NCBI RefSeq assembly: GCF_004010195.1
Contig: NC_057751.1
Span: 14,727,951 to 14,791,950, forward strand
DNA length: 64,000 nt
DNA from: Chiloscyllium plagiosum
Lineage: Eukaryota
Direction of reading: 5' to 3'
The notes below the pieces were generated by a model, which was not told the origin of the DNA, searched no databases, and saw nothing but the letters and a program-made list of their open reading frames with translations. Below, in pieces: positions 24,918 to 37,878 of the stretch. Each line of letters begins with the position of its first letter. The stretch's first letter is position 1. The position numbers and the translations under genes were made by a program.

Positions 24918-25735
24918 CTAAGCACTGGTGTCGATCACCAGGTGTCTGTAGACGATGGTGCTCCCTTTGAAGCTGGAAGCCAGCACCAGGTGCACGCTGT
25001 GGATGGGCACCGCCTGAAACGCCCGGGGCGTGCGTACGCTCCAGTCCTGGAAGCGGCTGAAGCTCAGCTTCCCGGCGTCCCAGAGGTAGACGTGGGAGAA
25101 GGAGAAATCGCTCCCCAGCACCAGGTACTGCCAGTGTGCCACGCGGAAGGGCTGAGCGACCATGGAGCCCCTGGAGGGCAGGGCCTGGATCTCGGTGAAG
25201 CGCTGGCCCTCCCACTTCACCAGCTTGGAGTCGCCGATGAAACGGACCAAGCAGAGGTACAGGGCCTTGCCGAACTGGAAGTGCTTCACAGCGTGCACGT
25301 CCAACATGTCGGGGATTTCGGTCAGGTAGGTGAACTGCCGTTGCGACTTGCTCCACTGGTAGATGACCGGGGTCTGAGTGCTGCTGGCGAGGATCAGCTT
25401 GGGTTTGTTGTCCGTCTCGATGTACTCAGCGTCTGTGTCCCGGTGCCAGGGGTGGAGGGAGTGGTGGGAATAGAATCCCACCTTGTTCCACTTGTAAACG
25501 GTGGTGGAGCCAGCCTTCGAACTGTCTGCAATCACAAAGTACCATTCGCCGTCGATGGTGAAGGTCTCAATGTCGTTGGGTTTCTGGATCCTGGCGGCGT
25601 CGATGTCCTGGATCCTGACGAATGTCCCCCCGTAGCCGTCCCACCGGTAGATGTGGGAGCCTCGGAACAACTGCGCCAGGACAATGTACAGCTGCCCGTC
25701 GATCACCAGCGGCTTGCAGTAGACCGCAGCGTGAG
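24918..25735 (-). CDS. LGI3: LGI3-like exon 8 (EPTP beta-propeller repeats, terminal exon)
   Basis: [24 protein letters not shown]...[18 protein letters not shown]; cccacag| acceptor; TAG at 24920-24918. Confidence 0.93.
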
Positions 25736-28700
25736 CTGTGGGGAACAAAACGCCGATTAGCCGGGGTTGTGCCTGGGCTGTGAGCCAGACCCGAACACGG
25801 CACAGGAAGTGATGCAATGCCATGTGATCCCGCTCGCACAGCCGTGTGGCAAGATGAAATGGCAGGAGATGGTTCTGAAACGAAATTAACATTGGCCTGC
25901 AGAGTGTGAAAACATTTGTCTGCAGGGCAGCAAGAATATTATACAGAGTCATAGAGTCAGAGAGACGGACAGCGCGGAAACAGACCCTTCGGCCCAACTC
26001 GTCCAGATATCCCAACCCAATCTAGTCCCACCTGCCAGCACCCGGCCCATATCCCTCCAAACCCTTCCTATTCATATACCCATCCAAATGCCTCTTAAAT
26101 GTTGCAATTGTACCAGCCTCTGAAATATAGAGAAATTACGGTTAAGAAAAGGCATCTCTTTATCCTCAGTTAATTCCTCATCTGTGCACACTCTCTTAAG
26201 GGGTGCTGCCCCGTGCAAACATTAAATGAGCGTCTCTCCTTCCTCAGAACGCGAATGAAATGTCTCCAAGGGCTCTGACCAATTCTGATGGATGCGGTTA
26301 AGGAAGCATCGATCTGGGTGCAGCGCAATGCGCGATGGCAACTGCTCTTCAACAAACCACGGAGAATGGTGAACACAGCCCAGCCCATCGCGCAAACCAG
26401 CCTTCCATCCATTGGCTCCACCTATACTTCCCACTGCCTCGGGAAAGCAGCCAACGTGGGACGGCACGGTGGCTCAGTGGTTAGCACTGCTGCCTCACAG
26501 CACCAAGGTCCCAGGTTCAATTCCAGCCTCGGGCGCCTGTCTGTGTGGAGTTTGCACATTCTCCCCGTGTCTGCGTGTGTTTCCTCCGGGTGCTCCGGTA
26601 CCTCCCACAGTCCAAAGATGTGCAGTTCAGGTGAATTGGCCATGCTAAATTGCCCGTTGTGCTCGGTGCATGAGTCAGAGGGAAATGGGTCTGGGTGGGT
26701 TACTCTTCGGAGGGTCGGTGTGGACTGGTTGGGCCGAAGGGTCTGTTTCAACACTGTAGGGGAACCTAACCTAAACATAATCAAAGACCCTTCCCACCCC
26801 ATTGGGGAGAAGATATAAACGTTTGCACACACACACACCAACAGGTTCAAGGACAACTCCTTCCCTGGTGTTGTTAGACCTACGAAAGGAGCTCTGAAAT
26901 TTTAAATTTAATATTGACCTCCCTCCCTCTGCACCTTCTCTGCAGCAGTAACATTGTCTTCCTCGCTCTGTACTGTTCCCCTAATGCACTTTGTAAAGGA
27001 TCGTCTACCCTGTACTGCACGCAGAAACAAAACCTTTCACTGTACCTCAGTACGTGACAATAGTATATCAAATCCAATCTTGCCCATCTTCAGAAAAGCA
27101 AAACAGTGCAGATGTGAGAGATCTGAACCCCTGTCCTGGGAGTGTTTGATGGGGACAGTGTAGAGAGAGCTTTACTCTGTATCTAACCCCGTGCTGTCCC
27201 TGTCCAGGGAGTTGTTTGATGGGGACAGTGTAGAGAGAGCTTTACTCTGTATCTAACCCCGTGCTGTCCCTGTCCTGGGAGTGTTTGATGGGGATCAGTG
27301 TAGAGGAAGCTTTACTCTGTATCTAACCCCGTGCTGTCCCTGTCCTGGGAGTGTTTGATGGGGGACAGTGTAGAGAGAGCTTTACTCTGTATCTAACCCC
27401 GTGCTGTCCCTGTCCTGGGAGTGTTTGATGGGGGACAGTGTAGAGAGAACTTTACTCTGTATCTAACCCCGTGCTGTCCCTGTCCTGGGAGTGTTTGATG
27501 GGGGGACAGTGTAGAGAGAGCTTTACTCTGTATCTAACCCCGTGCTGTCCCTGTCCTTGGAGTGTTTGATGGGGAACAGTGTAGAGAGAGCTTTACTCTG
27601 TATCTAACCCCGTGCTGTCCCTGTCCTGGGTGTGTTTGATGGGGATCAGTGTAGAGGGAGCTTTACTCTGTATCTAACCTCGTGCTATCCCTGTCCTGGG
27701 AGTGTTTGATGGGGGACAGTGTAGAGTGAACTTTACTCTGTCTCTAACCTCATGCTGTCCCTGTCCTGGGAGTGTTTGATGGGGGACAGTGTAGAGAGAG
27801 CTTTACTCTGTATCTAACCCCGTGCTGTCCCTGTCCTGGAAATGTTTGGCTGCACAAACTCACCAGGTCTGGCAGCCTCATTAGAAAAAGAGAGAGAGAG
27901 AGAAAAACACACAGTTACTGCCATCAGTTCGATGAGGATTGAGTGTCTAAGATGAATCATATTGGAGTGAAAGTCTGAGGAATGTTCGGGATATTAGGAA
28001 CAGCCCTTGCATGCAGCAAGTTCAGCCCGTGATAGTCCACCTTCTGGTAACTGACATCCCATCAGCCTGGAGATATTAGACGAGGTGGGCCGTCAATAAC
28101 AGTCCACCTTCAGACAACTGAGTGAAGATTCCTCAGGCTTACCAGAGATATTCGCCGATGTCCGGAAGACCATCTCGACGTGATCCCACACGAAGAAACT
28201 GCAGTTCCCACTGTTGGCCTGGGCAAAGGTTACAAAGAGGTCGTCGGCGTAAACGAAGGACTCGACGGACACGGCCTGGAAAGGCAAGGTTTGGTAAACG
28301 CTGAATTCTGGAAAGAAAAATTAAAAAAATAGCAGACGATTGTTGTTTGCAATATTCGATCAGAGCGTTACAATCTGAGAGGTCACTGTTATGTAGCGAG
28401 AGTATGTGCAGAGCTTCAGACTCAGAAATAACTCTTCTTCAGCAGCAGGAGGTCTCTGAAACTCAAATATAAAGCTCTCTCGACACTGTTCCCCCCATCA
28501 AACACTCCCAGGACAGGGACAGCACGGGGTTAGATACAGAGTAAAGCTCTCTCTACACTGTCCCCATCAAACACTCCCAGGACAGGGACAGTACGGGCTT
28601 AGATACAGAGTAAAGCTCTCTCTACACTGTCCCCCCATCAAACACTCCCAGGACAGGGACAGCATGGGGCGAGATACAGAGTAAAGCTTCCTCTACACTG

Positions 28701-31700
28701 TCCCCCCATTAAACACTCCCAGGACAGGGACAACATGGGGTTCAATACAGAGTAAGGCTCTCGCCACACTGTCACCCCATCCAGCACTCCCAGGACAGAG
28801 ACAGCACAGGGTTAGATACAGAGTAAAGCTCTCTCTACACTGTCCCCCATCAAACACTCCCAGGGCAGGGACAGCACGGGGTTAGATACAGAGTAAAGCT
28901 CTCTCTACACTGTCCCCCATCCAGCAATCCCAGGACAGGGACAGCATGGGGCGAGATACAGAGTAAAGCTCTCTCTACACTGTCCCCCATCCAGCACTCC
29001 CAGGACAGGGACAGCATGGGGCGATATACAGAGTAAAGCTCTCTCTACACTGTCCCCCATCCAGCACTCCCAGGACAGGGACAGCATGAGGTTAGATACA
29101 GAGTAAAGCTCTCTCTACACTGTCCCCCATCAAACACTCCCAGGACAGGGACAGCACGGGGTTAGATACAGAGTAAAGCTCCCTCTACACTGTCCCCCAT
29201 CAAACACTCCTCGGACAGGGACAGCACGGGGTTAGATACAGAGTAAAGCTCTCTCTATCCTGTCCCCATCAAACACTCCCAGGACAGGGACAGCACGGGG
29301 TTAGATACAGAGTAAAACTCCCTCTATCCTGTCCCCACCAAATGTTTGAGGTGATTTTGAAAGCAGTCTCCAGTCGATGCTGGCTGTGAATTGTGCCTGT
29401 GTCTGCGTTCCCAGATTGAATTCATCAAAATGGCAGCCACGTTGCTGAATGGTTTAATCTTTCAAAGAGAGAGTGTGGAATTGTTGACGGCTGTAAGGCC
29501 AGGGGAGAGTGAGCGAGCAGGATATGATCACCGAGTCTGCGAGTGTGCGTGGGCAGTGTGTTCAGTTCCGACCTGTCCTGATGCAGTCAAACTCCTTCAC
29601 TGGCAGGTGGGTCACCCTGACATTCTGGTATTTCATCGGGCTTGAACAGTACACTGGAGGGACTGACGTGTTGGTCAGCTGCAGCCATTCCATCAGCCAT
29701 TTCACCTTACAATCACAATGGAAAGCATTCCCACGGAGATCCCTGCAAAGGAGCAAGAAGCACACATGTCACATTGTGCACCAAGTTCCCTTCAGTCTGC
29801 GTGAAGTGACGGGGAAACATGCTGACGCGACAGGCAATGAAGATGTCAGGTGATACAATGACCTTCAAGGTGAGAGGGCTGGAGTACAGGAGCAGGGACA
29901 TCTCGCTGCAATTGGACTGGGGAGAGATCAGACCTGGGGTTGTGTGTGTGTGTGTGTGTGAGTGTGTGTGTGCGTGTGTTTGTGCACACGCGTGTGTGTG
30001 TGCTCGTAAGAGTGTGTGTGTTTGAGTGTGTGTGTGTGTGTGTGTGTGTACCTGAACCTTGCTCTGTGTGTGTGTGTATATACCTGAACCTTGCTCTGTG
30101 TGTGTGCCTGTGTGTACCTGAACCTTGCTCTGTGTGTGTGTGTATACCTGAACCTTGCTCTGTGTGTGTGTGTGCATGCGTGCGTATGCGTGCGTGCGTG
30201 CGCGCACACGCGGTGTTTGGAGTCTCCTGATCTGAGGAACGTTGATGGAGGGTTGGCAGTGAAGGCTTTCCCAGACTGATTCCTGGCATGGCAGGACCAA
30301 GGAATGGAGAAAGACTGGATTGGGTTTGGATCATAATCACTGGAGTTGAGAAGAATTGTCAGGGGTGAGGGTGGGGTGGATTCTCACAGAAACCCACTGA
30401 ATTCTAACAGGGACAAGACAGGGTCAACGATGTTCCCCATCATCAGGGAGAGTCCAGAACCAGGGAGTCACAGTCGAAGGATATGGGGTAGGTTAGAGAG
30501 GAGGAGAAATGTCTTTGCCCAGAGAGTGGGGGAGCCTGTGGAATTCTCTACCCCAGGATATAGCCCGGTGGACAGAATCCTGAATATTTTCAAGACGGAG
30601 TTCTTCGAGATATAGGGATCAAAGGGGAGCTAGTGGGAACAGGGCATAAAGTTCGACTATCAGCCCATAATCAGCAGGCTCAAAGGGGAGATCTCCTACG
30701 TTGCTGTTTTATAAAAGGAAGGACCGGTGTAATTTTCAAACTATGCAGGAACAAACCACTCACAAATGTGTCAGAACATGAAGATCCCTGAAGATGTCTC
30801 TCGGAAGTGCCAGCAGATTGTTGTTTCCCAGGGATCTGGAGACCGAGGGGGTAATTAGAACAATCATTAAACACTGCACAATGAAAACGTCAGGAAACAA
30901 GCAGGGCTGTGTGAGGCCGGTACCCCATCACCAGGTCACTATTTATTTATTTACATGAGGAGAGTCCTCAACACTGATCCAGGCTCTCAGAGTGAGCAGA
31001 ACTTCTGACCCTCCTGTTTGTATCTGTCAGCGAGGGCTCCCTGATGGGACCAGATTAACAGCCCCAATCAGGGAACTCAGATTCTATCAGATCCAGCCGG
31101 CTGACCTTGTTACAATCACGACACCACAACGGCCGATTTAATGGCCTGGTCTTCAACTCTGGCAGATGGAACAACATGACAGACTATCACAAAGAGTCAA
31201 AATGCAGACAGACACAAGGCACACAGGCTACATACACAGACAGGCACTGACAGATACACATACACACACACAGACAAATGCAGACACACACACACAAACA
31301 CACAGAATCACACCAACACAGACTCAGGCAGGCACTGACAGCTACACACACAAACACTGACAGTGACAGTTACACACACAGACAAGGGTAGACATTGACA
31401 GAGACAGATACACATACACACACTATCACACAAACACTGAGACTAAAAGCAAAGGTAGACGTTGACAGATAGACACACAAACACAGAAAAACACTGACAG
31501 AGACAGATACACACACAAAACCAGACACACGCAGTCACATAAACAAACAGACAATACATAAAGGTAAACACTGACAGAAAAACGCACACACACATCGACA
31601 CTGACAGAGCCAGATACACACATACACATGCACATACGGGCGCGCGCACACACACACAGGCACAGAAACAGACACACACATACACACAAGCAGACACTGA

Positions 31701-34700
31701 CAGAGGCAGGCACAGCCACACACACACACAGTCTCAGAAATACACATAGGCAGACATTGACAGATAAACACACAAACACAGTCACATACACAGGCATGCA
31801 AACCCACAGACAACACACAGGCAGACATTGACAGTGACAGATACACACACAAATGATCACACGCACATGTCCACATGTGATCACACACACACACACACAT
31901 ACATCCAGTCTCACACACACACACACACACAAAGTTATGAAACCAGTCAGCCACCTGGCCCAGCAGTAAACACAGCTCTGTCGACCCTGCAAAGTCCTCC
32001 TCACAACATCGGGAGAACTGTCTCCCAGACTCGTCAAGCAACAGCCTGACCTAGTCACACTCAGGAAACCATACCTTCCAGACCATGTGGCAGATACCAC
32101 CATAACCATTCCTGGATATGTCCTGTCCTCAGGGGGAAGTACTCAGGGTGATGAGAGTGCAGTGTGTACTCTGGGTGGGGGATTTCTGTGTCCATCACCA
32201 AGAGTGGCTTGGTAGCAGTACTGCTGATCGAGCTGGTCAGATCCTAAAGGACATAGTAATTTGCCTGGATCTGTAGCAGGGAACCAACATGAGGGGAAAA
32301 ACATACTTGACCTCATCCTTACCAATCTGCCAGTTGCAGATGTATCTGTCCATGTCAGTATCTGTAAGGGTGATCACCGTACTGTCCTGGTGGAGACAAA
32401 GTCTTGCCTTCACATTGACAACATCCTCCATCACTTTGAGTGGCATTACGACACAAAATACAGAGGCATGGGATTGAGGGTGATTTAGCGATTTGGATCC
32501 GAAATTGGTGAGCTGAAAGGAGACAGAGTGTGGTGGCTGAGGAGAAATATTCATCCTGGAGTTCATTTACTGGTGGTGTACCACAAGGATCTGTTTTGGG
32601 GCCACTGCTGTTGGCCATTTTTATAAATAACCTGGATGCGGGCATAGAAGGATGGGTTAGTAAACTTGCAGATGACACTAAGGTCAGTCGAGTTGTGGAC
32701 AGTGTAGAAGGATGTTGCAGGTTACAGAGGGATATAGATAAGCTGCAGAGCTGGGCTGAGAGGTGGCAAATGGAGTTTAATGCGGAAAAGTGTGAGGTGA
32801 TTCACTTTGGAAGGAACAACAGGAATGCAGAGTCCTGGGCTCATGCTCAGATTCTTGGCAGTGTAGATGAGCAGAGAGACCTCAGTGTCCATTTGCATAG
32901 ATCCCTGAAAGTTGCCACCCAGCTTGGCAGGGTTGTTAAGAAGGCATACAGTGTGTCAGCTTTTATTGGGAGAGGGATTGAGTTTCGGAACCATGAGTTC
33001 ATGCTGCAGCTGTACAAAACTCTGGTGCAGCCGCACTTGGAGTATTGCGCACAGCTCTGGTCACCGCATTGTAGGAAGGACGTGGAAGCTTTGCAAAGGG
33101 TTCAGAGGAGATTTACTGGGATGTTGCCTGGTAAGGAGGGAAGGTCTTATGAGGAAAGGCTGAGGGACCTGAGGCTGTTTTCATTAGATCTAGCACCTCC
33201 AAACTGGGAACCCACGAGGCACCGTGGGCCATCAACAGCAGCAAAATGATACTCCAGGACAATCAGTAATCTCATGGCCTCGCAGATCCCCCACTCAACC
33301 ATTACCATCAAAGCCAGGAGATCAGCTCGGGTTCAAGACAGAGTGCACATGGGCATCCCTGAAAATGAGGTGCCAACCTGGTAAAGCTACCCAACGGGAC
33401 GACGTGCATGCCAAACGGCGTAAGCAGCGAATGGGAGACAGAGCTAAGCAATCCCACAATCCTTGCACTCCAGAACTTGCCGCTCCCCTCGCCAAGCTCT
33501 TCCAGTCACAACACTGGCATCTAGCCGACTGGGACAACACATCCATCCTCGGACATGTCAAACAAAGACACGCACCAGAATTCCTAGAAGCATGGCATTC
33601 CAACCGGAACTCTATCAACAACCACATCGGGTTAGACTCAACCTCCCCCTCCCTGAGAAAAGGAACAGGAAGTGACTTCACCACAGGAAATAACATCACC
33701 ACAGGAAATGACATCACCAACCCAAAGAAACCCAAACATACAAAGAGAAAGCAGGAATTTTCAGCATTGCTTCGCCTGAGGCCCACTGAAGATGTTACCT
33801 AGTCGGGTAATGAAACGTCTGGAAATGAACCTTGCAGCTCAGCGAACGAACCAACATCCAAGACGTGGAACATTGTCCAGGTCTGTCCTGTACACAAAAA
33901 TCAGGACAAATGCAACTCAGCCAGTTATCATCCCATCAGTCTCCTCTCGAGCAACTTGAAAGAGATGGAAGGTGCCATCAGCATTCAAGGGTGTTACCGT
34001 CACTGAATTCCCCCCACGAGCGACGTCCTGGTGGTAGCTATTGACGAGCAACTGAATCGGACTCCTATTTAAATCCAATGGGGACAAGGGCAGGTCAGAA
34101 GCTGGGAATCCTACAATGAGTAAGTCACCTCTTTACTCCCCAAAGGTGGAAGTCAAGAATGTGACAGAATACACCCATGTGCCTGCACGGGGGCAGCTCC
34201 AACAACACTCAAGAAGCTCAACCCCATCCAGGGACCGAGCAGCCCCTGCTTGATTAGCCACACACCCACAAACACCCACTCCCTCCACCCCCCCGATGCT
34301 CAGTAGCAGCAGTGGGTACCATCTACAAGACGCACTGCAGCAACTCCCTAAAGCTCCTTCGACAGAGACATGGACAGAAATGCACAAGACAGAAAGAGAA
34401 ACAGAGACAGGGGAACAGTCACAGATCGATACAGTTACAGAGGTCCAGGTAGATCCAGAGACAGACAAACAAACAGACACAGAGAAAGACACACAGGCAG
34501 ACAGAAAAACAGAGACACCCAGACAGAAACTTACAGATGGTTGAGAGATCTGAGGCCTCGGAATGTGTATTTGGAGAGCGACTGGATGTTGTTGTTCTCT
34601 ATGAATCTGTGAACAGACAGAGAGCAGGTTGGGGCGGGGAAGCGTCAATCCTTTTCCTTAAAGCTGAGTAGAACAATGTAGAAAAAAGTCAGGGACTTAC

Positions 34701-34772
34701 AGATACTGGAGATGAGATAAACCATTGAACGCATCATTTTGAATCATGCTGAAGGTGTTCGAATTTAACAAG
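24918..34772 (-). CDS. LGI3: LGI-family secreted LRR/EPTP protein, best match LGI3; exons 3-8 (5' exons not on this strand in the window)
   Basis: Canonical LGI exon sizes 72/72/72/170/165/818 nt with GT-AG borders and consistent phases; LRR motifs, [25 protein letters not shown] repeats ([34 protein letters not shown]). Paralog call from recalled sequence features and the human 8p21 linkage of LGI3 with CHMP7. Confidence 0.85.
26330..27080 (+). mobile_element. Rex1/Babar-like LINE 3' end with an inserted HE1-type SINE (26460-26775)
   Basis: [41 protein letters not shown] reads continuously across the SINE. Confidence 0.75.
27128..27840 (+). repeat. ~70-bp minisatellite, about 10 units (LGI3 intron 7)
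   Basis: Tandem ccctgtcctgggagtgtttgatggggacagtgtagagagagctttactctgtatctaaccccgtgctgt. Confidence 0.95.
28143..28307 (-). CDS. LGI3: LGI3-like exon 7 (165 nt, first EPTP repeat)
   Basis: [55 protein letters not shown]; ttccag| and |gtaagc; phase 1-1. Confidence 0.92.
28468..29340 (-). repeat. Same ~70-bp minisatellite in inverted orientation, about 12 units (LGI3 intron 6)
   Basis: Tandem acagcacggggttagatacagagtaaagctctctctacactgtcccccatcaaacactcccaggacaggg. Confidence 0.95.
29573..29742 (-). CDS. LGI3: LGI3-like exon 6 (170 nt, LRRCT)
   Basis: [56 protein letters not shown]; tgcag| and |gtcgga. Confidence 0.92.
29940..30212. repeat. (TG)n microsatellite with four tacctgaaccttgctct inserts
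   Basis: Directly visible. Confidence 0.9.
30764..30835 (-). CDS. LGI3: LGI3-like exon 5 (72-nt LRR)
   Basis: [23 protein letters not shown](L); tccag| and |gtgagt. Confidence 0.9.
31200..31932. repeat. Degenerate (CA)/(CAGA) low-complexity tract
   Basis: Directly visible. Confidence 0.9.
31935..34360 (+). mobile_element. Old LINE (APE-type endonuclease remnants) with nested CR1 RT fragment (32455-33190) and Penelope fragment (33525-33865)
   Basis: [12 protein letters not shown]...DHRTVL; CR1 [18 protein letters not shown]...[19 protein letters not shown]...EFLEAWHS. Confidence 0.75.
33782..33823 (+). ncRNA. Minimal type-I hammerhead ribozyme motif (PLE family B)
   Basis: cca-CTGAAGA-t-gttacc/ggtaat stem II-GAAAC-GTC-tgg; stem I cca/tgg. 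Confidence 0.62.
34535..34606 (-). CDS. LGI3: LGI3-like exon 4 (72-nt LRR)
   Basis: [23 protein letters not shown](L); cacag| and |gtaagt; 94-nt intron from exon 3. Confidence 0.9.
34701..34772 (-). CDS. LGI3: LGI3-like exon 3 (72-nt LRR)
   Basis: [23 protein letters not shown](L); ccag| and |gtaagt. Confidence 0.9.
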
Positions 34773-37700
34773 CTGGAGGGAGAAAGGACAGAAGATAATC
34801 AGCTGGCTCTCGTGATCATGGTCCTGTTTGAAAATCCTGCTGCTGGTGGGGGGGGGGGGGATCTGTTCTCTGAGGCACACCCTCTCCCGCCAATAAGTTG
34901 CAGCTATAATCTTTCGCTGCCTCTGTTAAGGGAGACTGGAAGTGAATGTTTTGAGTCTATTTCAGACTGTAGTCACGTTTAATGTTTTGCAATTGAGGCC
35001 AAGGAGAAGCCTTTTTCAAGCAGTGAGTGCTTGCAGTGTGCAATGCATTGCCTGAGAGGGTGGTGGAGGCAGGTTCGGTGGAAGCTTTCAGAAGGGAATG
35101 GCGTGCCCGAATTATGGTGAATGGCACGACGGTGCGGACATGATGGGCTGACATGCCGCGACATGTTACAGCCTTCTTCAGCTCAGTGATGTTTGTGTGT
35201 GGAATGAACACTGCTCGAGGAGGTGCTGGATGCAGGTACAGTTACAACATTTAAAAGCCATTTGGACAGGTACAGGAAGGGGAAAGGGCCAAGCAAGTGG
35301 GACTAGTTTGGTTTGGAAACATGGTTGGCGTGGACTGGTTGGACCAAAAGGTCTGTCTCCACGTTGTATGACTCTGTCAACACCGTTTGGTTTACGAAAG
35401 CCAGACGTGCTCCCATACTGTTACTGTCTGCTAAGTGGGAGGTTAAGACAAAATCGATTCCACATCTATGGAGGCTCAGTGTACCCACAATCCTCAGCGT
35501 GTGTGAAAGTGCTCCATAACTGAACTCTGCAGGAGCACCTGGGGACAGACCGGGTGGTGCCTTTATGAAACCAGACAGGAGCTGTAAAACCCAAAGGCAA
35601 TGAGCAGGGAAATCTCCCTCTGCGGGTCCTGTCTGGTCTGGTAAGAACGCGACCAACCTTTATCTGTTTTACAAACTTTTGTCATTCATGCACCAGGACA
35701 CACAGGTCTCTCTCTCTCTCTGCATCTCAGAGCTCTGCAATCTCTCACCATTCACATAATATGCTTTTTATTCACTTATCCCGCCTAAATAGACGATTTC
35801 GTCTGTTCAACATTGTGGTCCACTTGTCACATCGTTAGTCACTCAGCTAATTCATCTATCATTGAGGGACCCTCCTTATTATCCTCTTTACAACTCAAGT
35901 TCCAACCTATTTTTGTCCTGTTGGCGAAATCTGTGACCAGCCCTTCATCGAAGTCGTTTCTATCAATGGTAAATGGTTGCAATCCCAGCTCCAGGCTCTG
36001 TGCCACACCATTCAATTGCAACAGAAAATGACCCATTAATCCCTGCTTTCAGCTTCCCATTCGCAAAATAAAAACTGACATTGGTTTTGATATTTCTGGC
36101 CAACTCTCTGCTGGACTCGAAATTTTCCTCTGGTTGTTAAATTTTTCGGTAATATTTTTAAAAGCTATTCTGTCCAATCTTTCGACCTGCTGCCTAACTT
36201 TGCGCCATGATCTACATTTCGGAGACCAAGAGATTTACAGCATGGGAACAGGTCCTTCGGTCCAACTTGACAATTAACTTTTCACAATTAATCTCGTCCC
36301 ACTTGTCTGTGTTTGGTCCATATCGCTCCATATCTATCCCATCTATGTACCTGTCCAAATGTTCCAGAAATTACTGCCTCTGACACCCTATTCCAGACAC
36401 TCACCACCCTCTATCTGCCCCTCGATGTCTTCCTGTATTTCTCCCCTCTCATCTTAAACCTATGCCCCTCTACCCTGGGGAAAATCTATTGGCTACCTAC
36501 CTTATCCTTCACCTCTCTTGGTTTTACAGACCTCTGTAAGGTCACCCCTCAGTTCCTGCACTCCAGTGAACATAGTCTCAGCCTATTCAGCCTCTCGCGA
36601 GAACTCAAACCTTCCAATCCAGGGAGCATCCGACTAAATCTTTTCTTTCGATGCTATTATCATCAACATTTCTAGCTAGCTGCAGATGTTTCTCCTGAGT
36701 TGGGATGTATTTATTCTGTAATTATAAAATATTCCTTGACGTGTCTGCGACTGCATCTCTAGTGAGCGATCCTTTCACCTCACTTGCAAATTCACTTTAC
36801 CGGCTCTATCCTCATGTCCTTATAATTTGCCTTATTTATATTATGCTAAAAATTGTCTTGGACTCATCCCTCTCTCCCTCAAACTGAAATTAAAATTCGG
36901 TCATGTTATGATCGCTAGTGCCTAAACCTGCCTCCACAGTGACTAATGAATCCTTTCTCACTGCTCAATACCAGATCGAATATATCCTGCCCTCTGAACA
37001 GCTCCTTGCTCTGAGAAACTATCCTGAAACTATTCTATGGAATCCTCATTTATGAGCCTTGTCCAGTTTATTTGGAGATGAAATCTCCAATGATTTTTGC
37101 CACGCCTCATGGACCAGTCTCCAATATTTCTTCCTTTATGCCTGATCCTATTATGTGACAACTCTTTGGAGGTCTGCACATCACTCCCAGAAATGGGTCC
37201 TTCCCTTTTTAATTTCTCATTGACTATCCAAACTGTTTCCCACACTTTGAACAGAGGTCATCCCTCTTCATTGTAATACTGCTATCATTGACTAACGCAG
37301 CCATTCCACCATTTTTTTTCCTAATTCCCTGCCATTCCTAAAGTAACAACATTCCAGCCTTTTTATATTAAGGTTGGAACTGGACACGCCACCTCTCTGG
37401 ATCGGAAGAGATGATTAAAAGTGACAAAATCGAACCAGAAATCGGGTTAGGCGGGAACCAACAGAAGCAATTTGGCTAACTTCCAGGTTGCAGATCACAG
37501 CATCGCACTTTGCAATCATTATTACTGAAGATTTTTTTAAAAAAAAACAATGTTAAGGTATTGGGTAAATTAATCTGAATTGATTACTAATTTCCCTCGT
37601 TTGAAATCTGAGGGATGTGGACTTGGAAAGAATGTTTTCGTTGAGACGGTGTGTTCAAAACCAGGCAGCCATGATAATAGAATCCCAACAGTGTGTCAAC

Positions 37701-37878
37701 AGGCTATTCGGCCCATCAAGTCCACACCGACCCTCCGAAGAGCATCCTACCCAGACCCATTCCCCTTCCCTATCCCTGTAACCCTGCCGTTCTTATGGCT
37801 AACCCAGCCAACCAGGACACCACAGGCAATTTTGCATGGACAATCCACCTCATCTGCCCATCTCTGGAAACCTAGGTA

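Noticed and set aside
24840..25760. 306-aa plus-strand ORF
   Set aside because: Antisense shadow of the GC-rich LGI exon 8; no independent signature.
25736..26015. N-terminal extension of the 365-aa LGI ORF
   Set aside because: Intronic read-through that starts in a CR1 3' UTR; the true exon starts at the acceptor at 25735.
27128..29340. CRISPR-like appearance of regularly repeated units (also 44400-44829)
   Set aside because: Units are contiguous with no unique spacers, there are no cas genes, and the context is eukaryotic; these are minisatellites.
32530..33249. RT-like ORFs as an intact or domesticated reverse transcriptase (also 41606-42151 and 51645-52348)
   Set aside because: 5'-truncated, frameshifted or stop-interrupted CR1 fragments with no complete ORF2.
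35480..35585. Candidate for the missing LGI exon 2 (…EFSYGALSHTL…)
   Set aside because: No 72-nt phase-2/2 AG-GT segment and no proper LRR register.
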